Assembly: GCF_016433145.1 (NCBI RefSeq)
Contig: NC_058133.1
Coordinates: 372,743,166-372,807,165 of the forward strand
Direction: 5' to 3'
Length of the DNA: 64,000 bases
Source of the DNA: Gracilinanus agilis
Lineage: Eukaryota
Made by a program: the position numbers and the translations under genes. The notes below the pieces were generated by a model, which was not told the DNA's origin, searched no databases, and saw only the letters and a list, made by a program, of their open reading frames with translations. This document shows positions 11,376 to 22,339 of this stretch, one piece after another. Position 1 is the first letter of the stretch. Each line of letters begins with the position of its first letter.

Positions 11376-14300
11376 TGACTCAAAGTCTTGGGGCTTGGAC
11401 TGAACAGGATTTTTTGCCTAGTGGGAAGTGGGAGCATTTTAGGCATGAAAAACTATGACCAGTATCCTATACCATTTCAAAATGTACCTAAAAGTACAGG
11501 TCCTGGGTTATAGCTTCCACACATACGTTTGAAGATTATTCACTGCAAAGAAGCTTCCTAGAGCTAAGTTCAGATTTAGAATGTTGAAGTATTACAGCTT
11601 TGGAGTTAAGGCAAGGTTTTTCCAATCTGTGATTTAGTGGACTGAGCTTAATGTTGCTATACCTAGGTTTTCTGATTCTATTCTCAGCAGGAATAGGGTT
11701 CAACCTTTCAACCAACCAAAATGGTATGAGATAAGGATGAGACTATAAAAAAAGACTTAAGAGCCTTTACCTGAGTCCTGAGAGAATTCAATATCGGATG
11801 CAGCTTTTTGTAATGGGTTTTGACCAAATTAAATTCACTCCAAAATAGTCCTTTTCCTTCTTCCTGGCCACCGTTAGGTCCTGTACTGTTTTCTCACATT
11901 TCCTTTCCTTCTGAAAGGTTGTATTTTATTGACCAAAGTAAATGAGTGGGATTCTGAGAAATGATTTAAGATGAAATGCCATCTATCAATCTAAAATACT
12001 ATCAAGAGATTTATTGGTTGTCTGCCTGTCCCTCCAGCATCTTTGCTTCTTGAAGTGTTTTTATTCCATTTCTAGTTTATTTCTATCTACCACAGGAAAG
12101 AGCCAAGATGTAGCTTTTCCCTAGAGTTGTTTGGCAGTGCCTTCCATGGTTCTCTGAGCAGAGTCTTACAGAGGAATTAACTTCTTCAATGTCTCCCCTG
12201 ACAGACATAAGAGCACATGTTCCTGTTTCACTCTAGCATTTCTGGTCCTTGTGACAAGTTTTCACTCTCTTCCCACCCACACACTCCACCCCCTCCCAAA
12301 AAAGAACAAGAAACCACCCCCAAACCAGTGTGCCTCCCAAACTGCAAAGAGCCAAAACAAAAGAAACCACAGGGGATTCTCCAAGCTGTTGGGAATGTAC
12401 ATCAGGGCTGTTATCAGAGCAGCTTTTGTGTTTACAGCTTGGAATGAAAGGTACTTTGGCTGGAAATGTTTGCTAGGGGCATTAATGTTAAATATTCTCC
12501 ACATTTGAATTTGGCAAAGTAAGCCACCAGGATAATAATGAATATGCCAAATACGCTACTAAAACTCAGACATTTCATCTAGTGGTTAGGGTTGACTAAT
12601 TCCATCTTTAATGAAATGTTTTAATTATTAATAATTAATAACAAGCTTTATAAAGTCATTCTTTCCCAACCCAGCAAATATAAGCCTGACATCATGAATT
12701 TGTATTTAAATAATTGTGATCATTCAGAACACTGCTTGTTCTCTGGGCCTGTTCTTTCTGGTGAGAGACTACCTCTGCTTTAAACATACCCTTTCATACC
12801 TATTGTGCCATACTTGTTTTCTTGTGCTGTACTTGTTTGCTGGAACCAACTTCCTCCATATCTGGAATATGTGTAGGAAACTTCTAGCTTCCTGGAAAAC
12901 TGACACTTATCTCATGATAAGCTCAGAGGAGAGAAATAAACTTGAAGTGTCTGAGCTAGAGAGCCTGCCCCTCCTGGCAGAGCATGAGACCCTCTTCTAC
13001 ATTACTAAGTGACTCTGTTGTATAGAATTGACCCAGGTATGCCTTCAGCAAACTGAGGAGGAATACTGAGAGTCTGAGATAACCTATATATCATGTTTAG
13101 AGGATGTTTCTCACATACTAATCAATCTTCTTTTTACTCCTGCCATTAGTCTCAAGATCATCTCATTAAAGTCTTTTCTGAGCATATATTTTGCCCCTCT
13201 GGAGCATTAGTTGCATCCTTCTCTTAAGTGAAATCCTACTGTGGTCTTCCTATTTCTTCCTTACCCCTCCTTCATTTATTGTACCTGCACCCTTCCAATA
13301 TCTTAAAGTTTCCCCTGGTGCAAGTTACAATGCACACAATGAGAAAAGCCCACTACTATATTTTATTACTGCTTGGTTTGCCTCTTTAATGTAAATACCT
13401 GAATCCTCTTAAGTAGCTACAATGGACTGTGAAAATGTTCATTTTTTGGTTAGGAACTTGAAATGATAGTCTCTCCTTATCTTCTGGAAGCTTGGATGTG
13501 TACCCAATGGAGACATCTGAGGGCTTTTCCCTAGCATAATTGCATCCTTATTTTTAGTTGACTTCCAAGCCAGAATCTTTATGCAATCAATAGTGTTGGA
13601 AGAACTTCATTGATTGAATCTCTGACCTGGTTATAAGAATTCAAAACTTGGGTGATTATCCAGAACCTATAGGAACTTAATCACTTTGCTTTAGTCAGGG
13701 AAAAAAGCCAGAAATCTCAGAATGAGCTTTGTAAGTAAGATATCCTATAGATCATTCTTGGTTTGAAAGAAGTGAAAGTGACCGTCCAGTTGGCCTCCTT
13801 CCAGAGCAGGTAATGGTGTGCTTAGGATCTTGACAATTAGATATAGCACATGAATAGAGAGGTGAACTATAGCACTAATGTTAAAATAAGTGTAAAAATA
13901 ACTTATATTAACATAGTGCTTCATGGTTTTGAAACACTTTTAAAAAGACTACCTAATTTGATCCTTACAAGTTTAGACGAACTCTTAAAAAAATTTCCGA
14001 GGGTCAGTACCTGTTGAATATTGACATAATTGCTTAATTATCTAAATCAGTTCACTATCTAACCAACTAATTATACTCATTGCCTTTGGATTTTTATGAA
14101 GATTTTTATTCTAATTTTTAGAAAGATTTGGATTTGCTTTTCAGTGCTTTGGAATAAATATAGTACAACCACTCAGCCATTTTATTAGAACTGGTTAGCG
14201 GTCCCAGGGTGGGTTTAAACTACAAAGTTGAAAGGATACTGGTTTTGGATTCAGAGGACCTAGGTACAAATGCTGGTTCTAACACTTACTGCCTATATGA

Positions 14301-14936
14301 TCTAGGCAAGTCATTTAAACTTTGGGGATCTCAGTTTTCTCATCTGCAAAATGAGGGGATTGGTATGTATTACAACTAAGGTCTCTTTTAACTTTAATTC
14401 TATCATCTTATGATTTTAATTCTTGGTAAGAGGTACTCATGTGGAGCTGAAACATTAGCAATACTCTTTTACTTCCTTTAATATAATCAAAGACAAATCA
14501 TAGATTATATATCGCACTTGTCCTATGACCCTATAGATTGCAAGCTCTCTGAGAGCAGAAACCATAGCTCTTAATAGTTTACTATCACTTCTCATAACAA
14601 TAAATGATCAGTATAGAATTTTAGACCTGGAAGAGACCTTGGAGATCATGGAATCCCACCCTTTAATTTTACATATAAGGAAACTGGGGCCCAGAAAGAT
14701 GAAGTGACTTATTCAGTGTCACAAAGGAAGGTATTATGACAGAGCCAGGATTAACTTTAAGATTTGAGAATTCCTGAAATAAGTCAAGCTGAGGAAACAT
14801 TTTATTGTGTTTCATCGATTCTTCAGAAAACCTTTACTAGTAAATATTTTGATTATCTGTGAAAATACATTTTTAGAGTAGATAATTAAGACCCATGGAT
14901 AATTCTCAGATCTCATTTTTTCTTTATTTGTTGCCG

Positions 14937-15185
14937 GGGCAGCTAGGTGGTGGAGTGGAGAGAGTGCTGGCCTTGAAGTTAGGTCCTAAGTTCAAATTCA
15001 GGTTCAGATATGAACAAATTGTATGTCCTTAAGCAAGTCACTGAACCCCTGTTGATCTCAGTTTCTTCAAATGTAAAAAGGGGATAAAGATAGCATCTAC
15101 ACTTCAGATTTGTTGTCAGGATCAAATGAGATAATGAAAAAGCTCTTAATCCAATGCCCAGTATATAGTAAGCATTAAATAAGTT
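14937..15185 (+). mobile_element. MIR/Mar1-type SINE, near full length
   Basis: Head 'ggggcagctaggtgg..agtggagagagtgctggcc', core 'gcaagtcact...ctcagtttcttcaaatgtaaaa', tail 'ggatcaaatgagataat'. Confidence 0.85.
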
Positions 15186-15390
15186 TTTCCTTTCCTTTCT
15201 TCTTCCCTTTCTCTCTTTTCCCTTCTTCCTCTCCTTGGACCATTCTATGGTACATGCAGATGCTAACACATAGGACTTGGTATAAATTGTGGTAACTGCC
15301 AGTTGTATGTAACGCATGGATGTGTGTGTACATAGCAGATTTATCTAAAGTCCAGATAGAGGGCAGCATCATACAATTGAAAGAGATCTG

Positions 15391-15525
15391 GAGGGCAGCT
15401 AGGTGTCCCAGTGGATAGAATGCCAGGTCTAAAGTCAGGAAGATGATTTTCCTGAATTCCAATCTGGTCTCAGACATTTACTAGATGTATGATCCTGGAC
15501 AAGTCACAATTCTGTTTGCCTCAAA
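15391..15525 (+). mobile_element. Mar1-type SINE 5' part
   Basis: 'gggcagctaggtg...agtggatagaatgccaggtct..agtcaggaagat...tctcagacatttactag..gtatgatcctggacaagtcac'. Confidence 0.8.
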
Positions 15526-15539
15526 AGAAAGAAAGGAAG

Positions 15540-15725
15540 AATACTGAATTTGGAATGAAAGGACAGAGATTTCAATCCTGCCTCTGCCACTTACTACCTG
15601 TGTAACCTTGGGCAAGTCCCTTCATTTTCTGAGTTCTTAGTTTCTTGATCTGTGAAATGAAGAGAGTTAGATTAGATAAATTCTAGTGTCTTTTTTAGCT
15701 TTAAATCTCTGATCCTCTGATTTTA
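15540..15725 (+). mobile_element. MIR SINE
   Basis: 'ctctgccacttactacctgtgtaaccttgggcaagtcc...agtttcttgatctgtgaaatga'. Confidence 0.8.
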
Positions 15726-17199
15726 AGGTCCTATAAGACAGAGGTCACTTCTGCCATCTAATCTTTCTCTAATAGTCCTATACCTTTGTGTACAATTTTT
15801 GCTCAATAAATGATGTGGCCTGAAGGCCCAACTTGCTTAAACTTGGTCTTAGCTTAAAATAGGAGATAATTTTCCATTGTGTGCAGTCCCCTCAGTAGCA
15901 GGGAATATTTCTGTCTGAAATTGTATGCTGTCTTGTTCAATTATAAGACAATCAATGTTTAGAAGACCTTTCTGGCTAAACACGGTCCTTCAATCTTCCT
16001 TCTATTCATTTATATACATGGCCAAATCTTTTCTTAGGAAAATAAAGCAAGATGAGTACCATAAATAAAATCTTATCTCCAACTACAGTTTTCTCTTTCT
16101 TCCCCCCATCCTCTACTTTAGCTGGTGCCAAAGTAATTGTCTAGCACACAACCCACAGGACCATTATGTTGGCAGTTCCGGATGTTCCACCTCTGTGTTT
16201 TCATTTGAGCTGTGCAGTTATATCTTCAGTCAAATGGAGATATGCTGCAGGAGATGCTGGATGACATTTTTCAGGAATGTGAGGATCACGGTGATGGCTT
16301 AGTACTGTCAGTGGGAGGGAAAAATAAGAAATTAAAAAGTCAGGTTTCTTTGAGGAGCTCTTCCTCTTTTTCCTCCCTCTTCCCCACTCCCCCACAAATG
16401 AAGGCACTTCTCTAGCTGTGCTTTCTACCTATTTAATCACATCAGACTAGCTGATGAAATAAAAATGTTTATCCCTTGGCCCCATGCTAATTATTCTTGT
16501 TAATTATTTTAAATTATTTTTTAATTATCATTCTATCACTACTCCTAGAGTAACTATCATAATTTCCACCTCGGTGGGCCCAGACATGACAATACCTATA
16601 AACTTATCATGAAGAAGTGTTGCCATCCTGGTGAAGGCTTTCAAGGATAATACACACCAACTGCAGTATTCCGGCAGGTAATACTCTTGATTTGCTGTTG
16701 TTAATTATCAATCACAGACCTGTGAGGATGCTAGCCACACACACACGCCAAATGTCTTAATTAGTGGAGGTTTCATATTACCTCATTAATATCTCTGTCT
16801 TTACAGGATGTCTGATAGGGCATTCATTGGTCAAGAGGATGCTCAAAGATTTGGATGAATTACCTAGTTTCTAGTTAGGGAAGTAAGCACTAGACTGTGG
16901 CTTTGAGATTAACCCTATAGTTTCCTTCTTTCTTATTTCCTATGTACTCAATTTAATAATTATTCATGAAGCTTTCCAAAGCATGAAGCCTGGCACAGTG
17001 GACAGAGTCAGGTCTAGAAGACAGGAAGTCAGAAAGACATTGAAGTCAAGAAGTCCTTTGTCTAAGTCCTGCTTCTGACATATATTAGTGGCAGAATAAT
17101 CAATTAAATTCATGTGCTTCTTAAAGCCTACATTTATAGTCAAGTTGCCAGTCTGCATTTTTGCTGGAAGTTTCTTCACTTAGGGTACCTGGTGCCAAT

Positions 17200-17571
17200 T
17201 ACCCTTTCCTCTCCAGGCTGGTAATATATTATTCTCCTTCACACAATCTACATTCCAGCCAAACTCACCTAGTGAACTCTTCCCCATATATAAAATTACT
17301 TCTCCTGTCTACTTTTGCATAGGCTGTCCTCCATGCCTGAAATTCCTTACCTTCAACTCATAGAATTCCTAGTTTCCTTCAATGGTCAGCTTAAGTGCTA
17401 TATCCTACAGGAAAACCATGCTAATCCTCTGAGTTGCTAATGCTCTGTCTGTGGAAAGTATATATTTTACATTTAATTTTCTCCCTCCTGGCTGCAAAAG
17501 AAGGAATGCTCCTTGAGAATAGGGAATATTTCTTTTTTGTCTTTGTATTCTCTTTTTGTCTTTGTATTCTC
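17200..17571 (+). mobile_element. L2 3' fragment
   Basis: 'ctacattccagccaaact...catgcctgaaattcc...gtttccttcaa..tcagcttaagtgc...gaatgctccttgagaatagggaat...tttgtctttgtattctc'. Confidence 0.7.
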
Positions 17572-17770
17572 AGGCACTTACTAGATGTGTGAGCCCAGGG
17601 AAGTCACTTCATTCTGTTTGCCTTAGTTTCCTCAACTATAAATTGAGGAGGATAGCACCTCCAACCTTGCAAGGCTGCTGTGAGGATCAAATGAGGTAAC
17701 ATTTGCTAAGCACTTAGCAGAGTCCTGGCACATAGTAGCACTATATAAAGGCTATTATTATTATTATTAG
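17572..17770 (+). mobile_element. 5'-truncated MIR/Mar1 SINE with (TTA)n tail
   Basis: 'ctagatgtgtgagccc..ggaagtcacttc..tctgtttgccttagtttcctcaact...gtgaggatcaaatgag...cacttagcagagtcctggcacatagta...tattattattattattag'. Confidence 0.8.
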
Positions 17771-18299
17771 TTACTGAACTGGGAGATAGGAAATACTTCA
17801 TTAATTGATGTCAAAATAAATCATTTAATGAAATAATCAAGTCTGTATTGGCAGATACTTAGCATGTGAAAGGAGTCTGAAAATGGGAGATTATGTGATC
17901 CAAGCACAACATCCCATTGCAAATATCAAAGAAACAATTCAGAACCAATCCAAAAACCAAAGGTCAGACTCCATAAAATGGCAAATTTCAGAAACTAAGC
18001 TGGAAAAGGAGTTTGGAATTCATGAACAAAGATAGATGGTCTATGAAGAATGGAATCAGTAAAACAACATGGAGGAAATAGCAAGGCACTTGGAATCATA
18101 ACAATTTGCTCCACAAAGAGACTTATTTGGGGGTAGCATCTTGTGATCCAGGTTTCGTTAGAGAACTCTGACCAGTGCTACATAGTTGATTCCACAATAA
18201 AAGTAAAGCTCATATTCTTACAGAGACCAATTATATTTCATGACAAAATCTCATTTCCATGGGAACACAGATGAGACAGCAGTATTCTAAAGCAGGATC

Positions 18300-20560
18300 A
18301 GAGAATATCAGAGTTGGAATGGTAATAGATTCATAGCTTAAGTGGACTAATATATATCTGAAAAAGAATCCCTTCAAAAATATCAAAAAAATGGTCAATC
18401 ATGTCTCTGCTTGGTGACTTCTAGTGAAGGGAAATCCATCATCTCCCAAATCAAAAGATCTCATTTGGGGCATGAGGCAGCTCTTAAATTGATCCTTCCA
18501 TAAAGCTTAAATTTACCTTTCTACTACTTCCCCACATTGATCCCAGTTCTGTCCTCTAAGGGGAGAAGCAAAAGAGAAATCTGAATGATAGCAACAGTCA
18601 AGTGACTAGAAAATTAAGGATAATCATATTATTATTGAATTGGAAGGGACCTCAGAAGTGATTTCATTTGATTATTATTATCTACATACTTCTACTATAT
18701 ATTATAGCTATATTATATATTGTGTTATTATATGTCTATATTACACATTTATTATCTATTATATTTTTTTCTTAACAAGAATAATTTCTATATCATATCT
18801 GACAAGTGATCATCTAGTCTTTCTGTAAGAAAATCAGTGAAGGTCCACTACATTCTGAACCAGTCCATTGTACTTTTGAATAGCTCTAAATTTTAGAAAG
18901 ATTTCTCTGACTTCAAGATTAAATTTTCTCTTTTCAATATCTATCAACTACTCCTGGCTCTCCATATGGGAATCAAATAGCAACAAATCTTACCCTTTCT
19001 TTGTATGACAATCACTCAAATAACTGAAAATTGCTATCACGTTCCTGGTTTTATCTTTCAGGGTCAAAAAGATCATCTAATTCTTTCTCTTCTTGATAAG
19101 CCCATAAATACCTGAGGATTGATGTCATGCTTCCCTCAAGTTTTCTCTTCTCTAGGCAAAACTATCCAAATTCTGTCAACACATCTCTGTAGGACATAGT
19201 CTCCAGAACCTTGCTATTCTGTTTACCCTGTTCTAGAGACGCTCCAACTCGTTAATATACTTCATAAAACATGGTGCTCAGAATTGAATACAGTACTCTT
19301 GATGTGACTTGCTTTGATGTGACAATAACAGTTGGAGAGTGGTCCTACAAACAGCTGCAAGGGAGAATGCTTGCAATTGCCAGGGAAGGTTTACAAAAGT
19401 GCTTGCCATTCAGACTCTAGTTGCCTACCCATGTGCTAGAGCCAAACAGAAAAATGGGAAAAGGAATTAGTAGGACTGGAAAAAAGATTCTGAAAATCAA
19501 GAAGACAACAAATAACAAAGGAGAATTCTTGCTGTTAGCTCTTGAAGGACTTATTCTATAGGTAGTCAGGTACTGTCCAGAGTATTCCCAAATGATACAT
19601 AACTAACAGAATCACAAACCTTTTAGTGGGAAGCAACTACAGAAGCAATCTAGTCCAATCAATACTTTAAGAATCTCCTCTATAACATAAATGGCAAATG
19701 GTCATCCAACTTTAACTTGAAACATTTTCAAACATCTTCAGTGATGGGAAAAAACCCCCAATACTACTTACCAGCTTATTCCAACTTTGGGCACTTTTAA
19801 TTGCCAGGAAGTTTTCCCCTTATATTAAACCTAAATTTTCTTCTTTATAATTTCCATCCAATTTTTTCTAATTTTAGCTTCTGGAATCAAGCAGAGCAAG
19901 ACTAATTGCTCTTTCACTTAACAACCCTTTAAATACATGATATGCCCCTAAGTATTCTTTGTGTAGGCTAAACAATCCCAGACTTTCCGCTGATCCACAT
20001 TTACCATCAGCTCTTTACTACTTCATTTGTCCTCTTTTGGACACTGTTCAGTTGATTAATGATTTTCCTAACAGGTATTGACCAGAAATGGCTAAAATAC
20101 TCCAGATATGATGACCAAAAAAGTGTGTGTCATCTTCTTAGTCCTGAACTTTATACCTTTTAGTATAGCCTAAGGTTTAAGTAGTTTTTTTTGTATGTAA
20201 TATCCCTCTGTTGATTAATATAGAAATTTCATTTCTCTCAGATGTTTTTTCAAATGAACCACCTTTTAGCCACATTTTGTGGTGGTAAATATTTCTTTAA
20301 CTCAAGAGCAAGATTTCACATTTATCTCTTGTAATTTTTATCTTAGATTCATTCTAACATTCTGGATGGCTGATAGCTTTTTGGATTCCAGCTTTGATAT
20401 CCTGTGAGTTATACCTATAAGCTTCGTGTTATCAATTTTTATAAGCATGATGGGGCATATTAGACTGTGGATGCTACCATCAGTTGCCTTGTGAATGATA
20501 CTATCTTTAAAGGAGTCTAATAGAAAGTACCCTGGAAACATAGCATATTGTTTGTCCATT
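18300..20560 (-). mobile_element. Three consecutive L3/CR1 3' fragments (~18300-18570, ~18630-19330, ~19600-20560)
   Basis: Each starts with an L3 3'-end signature (e.g. 'gagttggaa(g)ggacc', 'tggtcatcca'). The last reaches RT: minus ORF 20338-20559 'LIKIDNTKLIG' is a decayed LIKFADDTKLGG. Confidence 0.75.
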
Positions 20561-22339
20561 GTAAGCCAAAATGTAATAGGAAGATTTGGTAATCAGAGAC
20601 CAGTCATTAGAGCATGTGTAATGTTTTCTGCTTTTGCCAGTTCATATGGAGGTTGAATGAACATGCAGATGGAAACATGTGATAAAATTTCCATTTTCCT
20701 CCCTGCCTAAGGGATATCCTATGACTTATTTTCTGTTGGCTTATTGCATGGTGATGACAAGCCTTTTAGTTGCCTGCTAAGCTGAAATTGAGTGCATATG
20801 AAAGATTTGAACAGATGAACTGTTCCCTGATGGTGAACAAGGCAAAGATTTCATGGGTTTCCATTCAGGGGAAGAGACAGTGGCAGTGGTCTGCCTCAGT
20901 CACCTTGTTTCTAGCTGCCAGGTGACATGTTATGAACACACGGCACCTTTGCTTCTTTCCTTATCTTAGGTGAATGAGAATCAGAGTAATCACAGATTAT
21001 GATCTCCTAAATTTCAAAAGGTCTGAAAAGCCATCAAAGGTCTCATTAGCAATTATAACCAGTAAGCAGAAATAATTGATTCTGGAGAGCTACCTGCTTA
21101 ACTCATTCCCAGCAGTGAACTGAACCAGAAGTCAAGACATTAGGTTTTGCAAACAAAGGAGTGACTTATCTATCCACTCCATGCCATATCCCAAAGAGAA
21201 ATTGATGAGAGAATGTTTTATAGCAACTAATTTGAAATTACTCTTCCTAGAAATTGAGTGAATATATAGAAGAGAATGTGTGCCCTGGTTCAAAATAATC
21301 TTGTGCTTTGGCTTTTGCTATACTTCAATAAGTATCTCTTATAAAAGCTTTTTGATGTTAATTGGTTATTTGATATAGGAGAGACATTAGGTGGCTATTG
21401 ATGTTTAGGAAATATACTATATATGGAGTTCTTGAATAATAATATTAGAGCCCATAATCCTACAGTTGCAGCTAGAATCCTAATTTAAGAAGTGGGAAAC
21501 CACCCTCTGGGGACCTACACTGCTAGTTTGAGTGGAGTTTGGAGAGTGAACTCCAAAGAGTCTATGGTTCGTGGATTTATAACTAAGAGAATCCTTAGAG
21601 ATCATTTACTCCAACCTGTTGTTACCAATGAAGAAACCAAGGCCCTGAAAGATTAAATGACCTGTCTGGAGTCAGAAAGTCATTAAATGACAGAACCACG
21701 AATTGAACCCAGGTCCTATGATTCCACATGTAGCAATGCTTCCTTTGTCACACATTATTCTCTCACTAAGAAAATATAAATCTAACATCCTTTTAAAAGA
21801 ATTTAAAACCACTTAAATATTTTATAACATACTCATCTATTATCCATAACTAATTTATACCCATTATGTCCAGAATAACAATATCATCCCTATTTTTAAA
21901 GATGAGGAAGTTGAGACTGATGAAAACTAAGTTATCTATACCACATCAAAATCTAGAAAAATTAAAGATGAGATTCAAATCTAAATACTGTTTCAAATTA
22001 TTCTTATTCCTTAATATTGCTTTGGATATCCTGGTGCTTTAAATGCTGACAATAACAGCACAAAACAATAATAGCAAAATGAATTATGTAGACCAAGAAT
22101 ACAAACTCAAATTTTATATTTGTGTTATTTATGTCCCTAATCTGCTTGTACAACAATTATCTAAATCTTTGTTTCTTTCCCTCACTCCTCCTCTGATCTC
22201 CTCACAACCTAATAATTTAAATTTTGACAAGAGGATTGCTTAGCCTGATTTGGAGAGCTACAAAGTAGCCTAAAGGCTTTAGTTTTTGGAATCAGAGTAG
22301 AATGGTAAAGGATTCAGAGGATGAGCAAAATTAAAAAAT

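Noticed and set aside
12420-12525. Splice-like sites (tttacag acceptor; AAG|gtactt and AAA|gtaagc donors)
   Set aside because: The implied exons are not frame-preserving or contain stops, with no other support.
12716-13012. 98-aa ORF
   Set aside because: It has a non-ATG start, no recognisable domain and no convincing splice pair.
14937-15525. tRNA-like A/B box sequences
   Set aside because: These are heads of tRNA-derived SINEs, not tRNA genes (no cloverleaf).
16212-16415. EF-hand-like peptide DMLQEMLDDIFQECEDHGDGLV
   Set aside because: The loop spacing is not canonical (no D-x-D/N-x-D-G with E at position 12), there is an upstream in-frame stop, and I recognise no protein. It is kept only within the candidate-exon finding.
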